Shown here: positions 14,334 to 26,900 of the stretch, one piece after another | Layout: every line of letters begins with the position of its first letter | Numbering within the stretch: the first letter of the stretch is position 1 | Source of the DNA: the human T2T-CHM13v2.0 reference genome, Homo sapiens | Assembly (NCBI RefSeq): GCF_009914755.1 | Contig: NC_060943.1 | DNA: 64,000 nt | Reading direction: 5' to 3' (one strand) | Notes under the pieces: generated by a model | What the model was told of the DNA's origin: nothing | Databases searched by the model: none | What the model saw: only the letters and a program-made list of their open reading frames with translations | Position numbers and translations under genes: made by a program

Positions 14334-17300
14334 TTAGCCGAGCTGACCCTCCAAGGCCGGTCCTGCGGCTGTTCCCCTCCAGGCATCCCCTCCCCAACCT
14401 GCACCTGTGGCAGCCCCTGCAGGGCCCACCCTCCTGAGCCGCCCGGGCCAGGCACGAAACACAGGCGTCGCCACGAGGCTGAGCGCAGTGTCGCCAGCAG
14501 CATCACATGCCACATGCCCCTAGAAGAGAGTTCCAGGTCGGGGTGGGAGGATGTTGGGTCTCGGCCAGCCCTGAGAGAGTTGCTGGTCCCAGGGCACTTC
14601 TGGGTCATTCGGATTGTGCTGTGCACCCCAAAGAAGAGAGTGGAGTGGCCATCCCCCCTCGAGGGCCCTGGCCCACGCTGCCTGGGAAAGTGCCCACTGT
14701 TCAGTCCTGTGCACCCATGTGCCGGGCTGGGACCTGGCCGAGGCTTCGGGTCCCCTTTTGCCCCCAACCCATCAGACACCCTGCAGGGCAGTGTTGGGGT
14801 GTTTAGGGGACTGTGGGCCACCGCCAAGAGCAGAAGCTTTGGCTCTCACTGCAGCAGGGAAGCCAGATGGGGGATCAGCATGTTCCTGGGGCTGCAGGGA
14901 CTCCCGAGGACGTCGTGAGCTGATGGGACATGGTCAGCTGCTTGCACTGGCTCCAAGGCGGCGAGAGGAAGGCCCTCCTGAGGAGTGCCGCGGGGCCAGC
15001 GCAGGTGCGTGGCAGCCACAGAGGCCTCTGCTCAGGCTTAGGGAAGGGGGTGTCCCCCAGGGTCTCTGCAGCTCCGCTTGTCAGAAGGGGGGTCATCCTG
15101 CACCCAGGTGAAGCCCCCAAGAGCAGCGGGGCGAAGGAGCGCTTGCCCGGACTGCGACCTTGACCTGCCCATGACCCGCGGCAGTCTGGAAATCCCCCAT
15201 TGCACCAGGCAGGATGGGGGTCCCCCATGGTCTCATCTCTGGCTGTTTCCTCAGGGGATCGCTCCGCCCACCCTCTCCTGCCTCTGTTTACCTTGGACAC
15301 ACTCAGTCTCCGGTGCAGGTGTGGGAGGTGGGGGTCTCGGAGCTTGTGCTCCCGTGAAGGGCACGGAGCCCCCAGTTGCTCTTGGCCATCCTGGGCTGCT
15401 ATGAGCCAGACCCTCCTGAGTGCTGCGGGGAGGGCTGCTGGGGAGGCCAGGGGAGAGGGGATTATCAGAAAACTCCACCAGCCTCCCTTGACCTTTAAGG
15501 AGCTGCAAGCCGAGAATTTTCCCTTTTGATTCAGCTACACCTTGAGTTTTCTCTCTGGCGTTTTCCCTCATGGGAATTTCACAGCATCTTTTCTTCTTGC
15601 TGCCAGGGAAACTTGAGTCCTAGCAGGCATAGCCGTCTTTTGCTTCATGGGTGTCCCTGGAGGTGTGCGTGCATGTGTGTGTGTGCATGGGCGCATGTGT
15701 GCACCGAGGAACCGTGCTCCAGACACTGGGGGTGGGGGTGGGGAGGGTGGGGGTGGGGAGGGTGGGTTCCAGGGCTGCAGGGGACCAGCCCGGGCTTCCT
15801 GCCCTGTGGCCGCAGGTGGGTGGAAGGCAGAGCCTGGGGTGGATGAGTCTGTCGCCCACCCAGGCCAAGCCAGGCTGTTCTTGGGGTGGAGGCTGCGGGC
15901 CTGCTCCCTTACCCCTCTGCTGCCCGCCTAACTGCCCCTCAGGACCTCCCTGGCCCACCCGCCTCCCAGCTCCATCTCCTGCTGGCAGCTCCTGCCTGGG
16001 GGCAGACACCTCCCTCCCTCCTGGGCTCCCTCAGTCTGGCTGCAGGTGGCACTGTCGGGCCCCACAATGGCCTCTGCCCTGTCCCTTGGAGTGGGACCCA
16101 GGAGTCTGGTGGGTGATGGAGCTGGCGAGCCCGTCCCAGGCAGCAGCCTGAAGGCCCATGGGGTAGCGCGCTGGCGCCCGGGGACCCTGGTGTGGGTTTG
16201 TACTGCTGCTGCTGGCGAGCCAACCACTGGGACTTCCAGCTTCTGAGCCCGGGACCCGGGGGGTCCCACCAGCAGTGGGGACCTAGGGTCCCAGTCTACT
16301 GACCGTAAGGCATGGCCCCCCCTCAGTGACCTGGGGCATTCCTCCCAGCCGCTTTGCTCTGGCTGGGCCACCAGAGGTTGGGTGGCCGCAGAGACAGCTC
16401 TGGCGGAGATTGGTGTCCCGACAGGGGTGGCGTAGCCTGAGCTGAGCACTGGGTTGAAATGGAAATTGCCTGGAGCCTGACAGCTTCACAGATTGGTTTT
16501 AATAACTCAGCTTCCCCACACTGCACTCTGTCACCAGAACAAGATGCAGGAGCGAGATAGTTGCTCCCTCCTCTCCTTGCCACCCGAGGCCCAACCCTGG
16601 CGAGGGTGCCTAGGGACAGGGCTGCATTGGCAGCTCAGAGCCGCTGCGGTGCCCTGGGAGGTCAGACTGAGAAGACCCACCAGACTGATGGGGGCAGCCC
16701 GATGCGTGCCTCGCTCCCAGGCAGGGGACCGCAGCCAGGTCTCTTCCCAGCCACACACACTGAGCCAGGATGACAGAAATAGAAAAGGAAGAAGCGGTTT
16801 AGAACAGAGAGCTCCCACGGAGAGCAGATCAGACCAGTAGGGAGGCAGAGGGACCCTGGTCATTAGAAAATGATAAGGTGTCAGGAGCCAAGGCAGCTTG
16901 CTCAGGGCCCAGGTTCCTGCCCGCCAAGGCCTCAGCACTTCCTCCCTGGCTCACTGAGACCCGCTGCAGTGGCCCCAGCCCATGGTCCCTGGGAGCCGTA
17001 TCCTTGTAGAGACAGCTGTCTAGCCTGCATGAGGTTATCTGGGGAGGCTCTTGATGAGGGGTGTCCCCTCTCTGCAGAAGGAACCTCTTTTTGAGAGAAG
17101 ACAGTTGTTGTCACAAGCAAGTGAGGCCCCCAGGCCCAGTGCCCAGGCCAGCTGCTACGCCTGAGTAGTAGTTGCCACCAGCCCAGACCAGCCACTACCC
17201 CCCAGCAGCGCTCAGCACCAGCCCAGGGGCCCAGCGTCCCGGCTGACTGGCTCTGGGTCCACATGGGTTGCTGCGTGGCCAGGCACACCTGGTGCCCAGC

Positions 17301-17461
17301 TTCCCTGTTTGAGGAGCGTGGCCGTGGGCAGGCAGGAAGCTCCTTCGTGGTCACCTGTCCCAATCCTCTGCTTCTGATGGCGACTGTGGCCACAGCATCA
17401 GTGCAGCGGTTCTTTATTCCTGTGCGTGAGTGGGCCTCAGTGACCAGCTCAGCTCTCCTAG

Positions 17462-17745
17462 CTTTATTTATTTTATTTTAGATGAAGTCTTGCTCTGTCA
17501 TCCAGGCTGGAGTGCAGTCGTATGATCACACCTCACTGCAACCTTAACCTCCTGGGCTCAGGTGATCCTCCCCCTTCAGCCTCCTAAATAGCTGGGACCA
17601 CAGGCACGTGCACAACTGGCAAATTTTTAAATTTTTTGTAGAGACGGGGTCTCCCCGTGTTGCCTGGGCTGGTCTCGAACTCCTGGGATCAAATGATGCT
17701 CCTGCCTCAGCCTCCCAAAGTATTGGGATTGCAGGTGTGAGCCCA
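17462..17745 (-). mobile_element. AluJ-like
   Basis: Antisense Alu with (TTTTA)n tail. Confidence 0.88.
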
Positions 17746-17825
17746 ACCCTTTCCCAGTTTTAAAACTGGAAGTCCCATATCCTGGAACCTGCTCAGATCC
17801 AGTGAACTGTGATGCTGAGTCCCCT

Positions 17826-17895
17826 GAGAGAGAGAGAATGTGTGTGTGTGTGTGTGTGTGTGCGCGCGCACGCACATGCGTACACATGTACATGT
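17826..17895. repeat. Compound (GA)n/(TG)n/(CG)n microsatellite
   Basis: Seen directly. Confidence 0.9.
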
Positions 17896-18919
17896 GTTTG
17901 TTAGAGAAACAAGGGTCTCCAGTCACATAGTCTGTCTGGGAGGGAGTCTGGCCCCCTGGGACTCTGCCCAGAAGACGAGACCTGGGAGTCTGCTGGGTAA
18001 CTGAGAACTGGACTTTACCCACTTAGCTGCGAGAACTCGGGCCAGGAGCTGAGCTGCCAGCAGGGCATTGCAGCCGTGTGGCCTAGAGCGTGGCGTGTGG
18101 TGCTGGTGCCGTGCTTGGGTAAGTGGTCCAGGCTGCGGCCAGGAGGGCCGGCACATGGGAGCTATGAATGGCAGCTGTGTTTTCCCTGGCCTGGTCCCCT
18201 CCCCAGCCCTCATCATCGAGCCCTCTGCCTCGCTCTTGTCACTACCACTCTGTCGGCCTGACGCCATCAGCCCAGGCCTGCTTATCAAGACTGGGGAGTG
18301 AACTGAGCACCAGAAGCTGGCTTTGGCGTTCAAAAAATTAACTCGTGATGCTGCAAAGACCTTTGAGCCTCACACTGGGGCGTCCACAGCGAGGCTGGGA
18401 TTGCATCTCTGCGCCTGGCGTGTGGGGCACAGGTGCCAGAATCACAGCTTCTCCGGCTGGCCTGATCAGCCTCCTGCCAACCTCACTCACGTTAAGCAAT
18501 TGCGGCCCGATTGTGCCCCCAGGACAGGCAGGGCTCTCAGCTGTGTCTCGTGATGGCGTCCCCAAGGACTGGGAGAACACCTCTCGGCCAGGGTGACCGG
18601 GAAACCCGGGGCACATCGGGGCACTCACCGGGGCTCCCACCGTACCTGTCAGTGGGATCTGTCCCAGCAGGCTGGCTCCTGGCTCTTGCTGGGAGCTGGC
18701 AGGGACAGACACAGACACACTTGGTGTTTGTTCGGGGACTGCAGAGCAATTTTCATATCGCCTTTTGCTGTGTGAAAATCGCACTCCAAGCTCTCCTCCA
18801 GAGCCGTGCCACTGAGCTGGGGACTTCCGGTGTTTGGATGGTCGATTGCCCTGTGTGTGTCTGGACAGCAGGCACCGTTGCCCATGGATTTGGGAAACTG
18901 GCTTCTTGGTGAGCAGAGA

Positions 18920-19074
18920 TGGTGGCCGTGATGGGGGCCGGGTGGGCACCCCGCAGCAGGCGAGTGTCAGGCGGTGGGCCCGTGATGGGGGCTGGGAGGG
19001 CGCCCCGCAGCAGGCGAGTGTCGGGTGGTGGCCGTGATGGGGACTGGGAGGACACCCCACAGCAGGTGAGTGTC
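18920..19074. repeat. Three copies of a ~53-bp GC-rich unit
   Basis: ccgtgatgggg...cccc(g/a)cagcagg(c/t)gagtgtc at 18926, 18980 and 19032. Confidence 0.85.
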
Positions 19075-19164
19075 CTGCAGGTCCCTCTTCTCATTCTTGT
19101 CCCAGGCTTGTGCTTGTGTTTTTCATCCACTTTTTGGTGAAGTCTTCTCCCCCTTTCTCTCTCT

Positions 19165-20078
<914 letters not shown>

Positions 20079-20174
20079 CCTCCCTTTCTTAAGGTTAACT
20101 GATTTGGGACCTTTATCACATCTTCGAGACCCTCACGGCAGCAGCACGGGGCATGTGTCACTCGAGGAGTGTGG

Positions 20175-20304
20175 GAGCCCTGGGGCGGGGAGTCCTGGGG
20201 TGTCTAGAGCCCTGGGGTGGGGACCCTGGGGCGGGGAGTCCTGGGGCGGGGACGCTGGGGCGGGGAGTCCTAGGGCGGGGAGTCCTGGGGTGTCTAGAGC
20301 CCTG
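20175..20304. repeat. G-rich tandem of GC boxes (GGGGCGGGG), G-quadruplex-capable
   Basis: Four perfect and one near-perfect GGGGCGGGG, among two copies of gagtcctggggtgtctagagccctg. Confidence 0.85.
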
Positions 20305-20398
20305 CCTGTCCCGGGGCTTCCCTTTTGTAGGCATTTCTTGCTGTGAAACATGATTTGGTACAGAAACGGACATAAAGCATGTAAGTACCAGATATATA

Positions 20399-20401
<3 letters not shown>

Positions 20402-20452
<51 letters not shown>

Positions 20453-20458
20453 CGCGCG
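20402..20458. repeat. (GT)~21(GC)~7 microsatellite
   Basis: Seen directly. Confidence 0.95.
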
Positions 20459-21249
20459 TATGTTAGCAAATGACTCTCCGGCTGTCCCCTGTGTACCTCG
20501 ATGTCAGGACACGGCCCCCACCTGTGCCTCCTTTTCCCAGCCCCCTCTGCACACTGTGGTGGTGGCTTCCTCCCGGCTCTGCTGGCGGCGCCCTTGCCTC
20601 TCCCCTTTGCCAGGCCGCGTGTGCCTGTGGCCCGGGCAGTGAGGCTGTGTGTTGGCTGCATTGGAAGGTCTTACAAATGGGCTGATTTCCTTGCGTTTCT
20701 GCTCAATGGTGTGTGTGTAAGATTCATCCGGTTGTGTGTGGTGGCAGTGCACTCATTGTCATGGCTGTGAAATTCCCCACTGTATGGCTGGACTTTAGTC
20801 GACTTTTTCCATTCTGCCGTGGACGGACATTTGGGCTGTTTCCAGCATGAGGCTTCTGCGAAAGACCTATCATCTCTTCACCTGCTGCTCATGTAAGAAA
20901 TTCATTTTGATCGTAAGCCTTGCTATCAGTAACTGTGACTGGGGCTGCATTTATGATGTTCCGTTCCTCATGCAGCAGCTTTGCCTGGAGTAACCCTTTG
21001 ACTTGTGCCCCTGGCTCCACGTCCTTGTTCACGGACGAGGCACAGATTGAAGAGACGTCCGATCTGCCCTTGAAGCGCTGCCCTGTGGGATCAGGAGGGC
21101 AGCGGGTCCTGGGAGCAGGTGCCAGGACGATGTGCAGCCTTGAGGACAGGGTGTGTCCCAATTGGCGAGGGTGGCCTGAACCCGAAGGTGTGGGTGAGGA
21201 AGGAGCCATTTCTAATGGAGTCACCATATTAAGCCCTGCTTAGCCAAAC

Positions 21250-21530
21250 TTGAAGGTGACAGTTTGTTGTGGGACATGGAGATGATGCAGGGATGCGGGG
21301 ACCGAGGCCAGCATGTGTGGTGTCCAAGGTCGCCCTGGGTGCTGCTGTGTAGGTGAGGGAAGAGGGACTGATGGGCTGCTTAGGGGGCCATGTCTGAGGG
21401 CAGGGCCCACCACTTCTGCCCACACCTCATTGGCCAGCACCCAGTCACGTGGCCACACCTTGCATCAAGGGAGGCTGGGAAATGTAGTCTGACCACATGT
21501 CCAGCTGGGAAGGGGCAGGTGAGACTTCTC
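21250..21530 (-). mobile_element. Old MLT1 (K/L-like) LTR fragment
   Basis: gtcacgtggccacacct.gca..aagggaggctgggaaatgtagtct is a hallmark MLT1 segment. Confidence 0.55.
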
Positions 21531-23491
21531 TTTCCTGCCATGTGGGTGCTGGGTGCCCTGCAGGGGCTCAGCCAACAGGGTCTTGAGGTTGAAGAGATGG
21601 ATCTGCCCAAGCCCTGACGGAGTGCTCATGCCTGCTCAGGGCCCAGCATGAGCTGCGTCAGGAGCAGAAGCCATTGGGAAGGGCTTTTGGTGTGGCCGGG
21701 CAGCCAGACACTCCACGCGCAACCCCCAGAGCAGTGCCAGGCCCGGGAGCCCTTGGGATGGAGGCAGGGAGACTGGGGGGCTCTGAGGACTGAGGGAGGA
21801 GGGGAGCCCGGTGAGGGGAGGATGGGTGACCAGCTCAGGAGCAGGGGCGGGAAGGGGGCATAGAAGCTTCCTAAGCAGGGGAGCTACTACTCTTGGCCAT
21901 GTTCCAGGAGGATGGAGTGGCTGTAGGAGCAGGCTTTCGGGCCAGGGCCTGGGTGTGGTGGGAGCCGGGGCTGGCTCTGGACCCTGCAGGGGCTGCCTTA
22001 GCCTCACGCTGTCTGACCAGCCCCTGCCTCACGTCGTGTGCTGAGTCCTGTCTGCGGCCCCTCGCTCACCCGCTGGCTTGGTCTGGCAGGAGCAGATGGC
22101 CTTCATTTTGGAGTCTTTTGTTCAAAGCGGGCGCTTCGGGTTGGAGTGGCAGTGCACACGCTGGCTCGTGTCGCTTGTGAGGCTGCAGGATTTTTGTTTT
22201 AGGGAGGTAGGAGCCAAACAAACCTGGCGCCCGCTTCCAGGCTGTGGCATGCCAGGCGAGTCACCGGCATCCTGTCCCTGCCCACCGCTTTAAGAAACTG
22301 TTAGTTCTGTTTGAAATGTCATCACTGGGCGTGAATTCCCATCTTCAGATAATCCCGCCAGGCGGTGTTTGGATGAGGAGTTTATTCAGGCTGTGGGGGT
22401 CTGTGCGTGCCCGCGGGTCCCTCCCACTGCAGCCGGCGAGGCTGGCCCTGACCCAGAGTCGCCCGCCCACCCAGTCTACGTAGGCATTAGAGGTTTGGGT
22501 TCTGAGCTCAGGGCCTGGTTTCCATGGCAAATTTCTCTCCCTTCGGCGAGGCTGCTGCCGGCGGGGTTCAGCTCCCCAGAAGGGAGATGGCAGCAAATCT
22601 GCGGGAGGAGAGTCTTCGTTATCTTTGCTTAAAAATTGGGCAGCGCATGGCTTCCTCCCCTCCACACTCGCCAGCAGCAGGGGACAGGAGCGCTGGCTGC
22701 CTTCTGATGAAACGGGGCGGGCGCAGGACGGGGCCGATGACAGCGATGCTAATGGCCCTCATTCAGCAGCCTCCCGCCGAGGGCTCGGGCCGCTTGTTCT
22801 CCCTGACCTGATTGCGAGCCAAGCAGACTTAACCCGTGTGTGAGCCAAACCCTCCCGGAGCTCCAGAGCCCAGCCCGGGTCCCCGAGGCCCAGGGAGGGA
22901 CCCAGCATCCTGCGGCCTCTGCCCGTGGTGGGCACAGGCTGAGACTTAGGTCATAGGAACAGGAGCGCGTAGCCTCATGGCCATCGGCCTGTGTGTGAGA
23001 CAGTTCAACTCCCGTGCTCTCCAAAGCTAGTCCCATCATTACACGCGCCATTTAGGACGCTCCAGGCCATCTCGGTCACCAGGGGCCTGGCGGTCACCGT
23101 GTTTCCTCATGAGGCTCAGTGGGTGCTGTGTGTCTGTGGGTGCCGGTGATGAAATAAATGTAAGCATAGAGGCATCAGAGCATTTTAATAGATGGGAGCC
23201 TCCACAGCCTGCAGGTATCCAGACGACGTTCTGCACACAGAGACTCAGACTCCCACCAGGGCCTCACGCCCCACTGCCTCTCCGGGATGCCTGCGTGTGG
23301 CTCACTCCCGCCACGGGCACATCAGCCCTGGTGCCCAGCTGGCCTTCTGCAGAGCCTGGTGCTGGAGCAGCTTCTCGAATTCTCTGCTGCCTCCTCCCCA
23401 CAGCCTTCCAGGGCCTCAGAGCTGCTGCCAGGCCAGCACCTCCTTGGGCCCGTGTTGAGGCCCCACGGGGCTGGGCTCATGTGGGAGCTGA

Positions 23492-23844
<353 letters not shown>

Positions 23845-24959
23845 AGCCATGATTGTTCTCCAGCTGCAGTCCCTGTCTCTTCAGACCCTCTGTGCTCTTA
23901 GGAGACTGTCGTTGTTCTCTCCTTTTTAAACCATCCTGTGCCTTTTAACAGAATAAACGGCAAGGGGTCCCCACTGAGGTCGAATAATGCTGGAGGAGGG
24001 CCGTGGGTCCAGGCATGGTGGGGGCTGCCTCCTGGTTGTTGATGAGCAGAAATTCAGGCCGGTTTGACGGCAGGCACGTGAGGGAGGTTGCTGTGTGTCA
24101 GTGGCCCTGTGTCCCTGGCACTGTGTCCGAACCTGACAGCCGCCGCTGTGTCACTGGGCACCTGCCCTGCGCACCCTCCCCTGTGACGGGCACTCTCACA
24201 GCTTTCCTGGCGAGGCTGAGGGAAAAACATGGCAAACAACTCGCACATGACTTTGCGTTTTTGGCCTTGTCATATAATAAAAGTAATTTGTGGGCCTAAA
24301 ATAAATCAGGGCTGGGGATCAGATGCCTCCAATCTGGCCTTTAATTGCAGGCGTGACATGGCTTGCCTCGGCGAGTCTGCTCCTAATTAAAGTGGGCTGG
24401 CGGTGTATGAAGTTCGCACGGATCCTCAGGGTGCTGACCCAGCCCCGGTTCCGGAGGGCCAGTGTGACGACACCTCGTGGCCCAGGAGAGCAGGGCGGGC
24501 CACCCATGGCCACCGTGCCAGGAATGGGGTCTTCTGGCTGGCCCTGCGAGAGCCGAGAGCTCTGTCTCCTCCGCCTGCTGCTCCGCTTTGTCGGGCATTC
24601 CTGTGGGCGGCTCTCCCCATCCCAGGCTCCCCATCTTCCCTGAGCCGAGGCTCCCAGGACTCTGCTGGTCTCCTGTGTGTCTCAATAAAAGGTCATTATT
24701 TGAAATCATTGACACCACTGGTTTAAGATACCAAATTCCATCATCTCTTGTCCCGTAAAACGATCCATTAAAGATAAAGCCACTGCAGCTCAATAAGGCT
24801 GTTTCCTGGGAACAAGCCACCCTGCTCCCTGGCAGATCCTATCTCCCAAGCAAGTATTAGTATCTGCCACATAAAGGAGCCCCTGTGCTGGGGACAAATG
24901 AGGGAGGTGGCCTTTCCCCAGGATGAGGCTCCATGAAAGAAGATTTTTCCAGTAGAAAC

Positions 24960-25265
24960 AGGCAGGTTGGCTCATGCCTGTAATTCCAGAGCTTTGGGCA
25001 GCTGAGGCCAGAGGATTGCTTGAGCCAGCCACTGGAGCTCGAGAACAGCCTGGGCAACATTGCAAGACTCCATCTCTACAAAAAAAGAAGAAAAAATCAG
25101 CTGGGTGTAGGGCGCACACCTGTCATCTTTTAGCTACATGGGAGGCTGAGGAGGGAGTATTGCTTGAGCCTGGGAATTTGAGGCTGCAGCAAAGACCCTG
25201 TCTCTTAAAAAAAAAAAAACAAAAAACAACAACAAAAAACAACAACAAAAAAAAACAGAAGAAAG
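24960..25265 (+). mobile_element. Diverged AluJ-like element with deleted 3' arm and long A/CAA tail
   Basis: Alu motifs followed by an A-rich tail. Confidence 0.8.
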
Positions 25266-26039
25266 AAATAGGGTAGCTTTCCATCAGATATTGGAGGAGT
25301 TCTGTCATTGCCTTGGGAGGAGCCGTGCAGCCCAGGCTGGGCTCCATTTCTGCAGCGGTGGCATCTGGGGGAGCAGGGCTGGCCCCGCAGAATGCCAGGG
25401 CTGGAGCCTTCCCCATGGGGCCTGCACCTGCTCTGGGACTCCCGTTTCTCCTGTGAGTCTTTGCGAAAGGGTCTCACTCCTCCTCTTCCTGCCCTCTGTC
25501 CGGTCCCCTGTAATCTCTCCCTCCCAGCAGGCTGCGGTTGGTGACATCTCCTCTCCCTCTCTCTCAGCCAGGATATGGGACCTCAGTGCTCTTGGCAGTT
25601 CCCGGGCTGTCTGTGTGTCCTGGCCTGTGGATCCACTCCCTTGCCTGTGCAGGCACTTTTTCTAACATCTTTATCTCTCCAGACTGACCTGTGGGGCAGC
25701 TGCCTGTCCTGGGCGACCCATCCTCCTGGGGTGGCCATCGGTAGCATGCCTTTCCTGCTGCTGGCGACTACGCGATGAGCTCTGGCACCTGCCCTTCCTC
25801 CCGTCCGTCCCCATGCGCTGTTGCAGGGGTGTGGAGGGGTTTTACCCAGGGAGGCGCTGGCTTCCCAGGTCAGAGCCTGTGAGTACAGCAGGCAAGTGCA
25901 CTACCAGGTCTGTGTGTGGCCTTGTTTGTGGAGAGAATTCCTGCTCCACCCTAGACGAGGGACAGGTTTACCCTAGTGGGTTTAGAGTGTTCTGTTAATG
26001 TTCTTTCTGCTGTAGAGGAAACCCTCTTTTTGTTGCCTT

Positions 26040-26900
26040 TTTTTTTTAATTAAAAATTCTGCCACCTTGCTGGGCTGTGTTTAATTCTATAGTTTTACCA
26101 GTTTCTTTGTTTGCTTAGATTTCCTAAGTAGAAACTTATGTTATAATTAAACTGTTTTTTTTTTTTTTTTTTTTTAGAGACAGAGTTTCCCTCTGTTGCC
26201 TAGGTTGGAGTGCAGTGGTGCAGTCATGGCTCACTGCAGCCTCAACCTCTTGGACTCCAGTGATCCTCCTGCCTCAGCATTCTGAGGAGCTGGGAACACA
26301 GGCATGCACCATCACGCCTTACTTAGACGTTTATATTATGATTTTAAGAAGTTTGTCTTATCCCTTCTGCTTGGTAAACCCTTTGTCTTTTTCTTGATAT
26401 ATCACATTGGCTAGTGTCTCTAGTGCAGTGTGACGTGTGCTGTGATGATGGGCAGGTTGTGTCCTCTCCTGCCTCGCCATGAAGGTGGTAGTGGGAGAGT
26501 CCCTGCTAGTCCTGGTTGCCTGAGAATTTTTGTACCAAATGCTTTGGAATTTTTGATAGATATTAATTTTTGGAATGTCTTTGCAACCTTGGAGATAAAC
26601 TCTTCTTGGTCTTGCAATAGCCTACTGTGCTTGACTCACTAATGCTGTATTTAGGATTTTTACATCCACGTGGGACTGGCTGATCATTTTCTTGCGTGTT
26701 CTTTGTTGGTGCTGGGGTTTCCCATTTGTTCATTTATTCATCCATTTGGAAAATATGCCGGATTCAGAAAACGAGCTCAGTAACGTCAGATATTCCCTAC
26801 TGCTTGCCAACCATGTGTGTACATGGGCACTGTCCCTTTAGATGAAGGTCATCGGGCAGGATTCATTAAAACCACCTGGGCTGGTGCCTTTTCCAGAGAG
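26040..26900 (-). mobile_element. Degenerate antisense L1M fragments containing an Alu monomer (about 26155-26320)
   Basis: T-rich L1-like segments (tatttaggatttttacatc; cattaaaaccacctgggctggtgcctttt). Confidence 0.55.
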
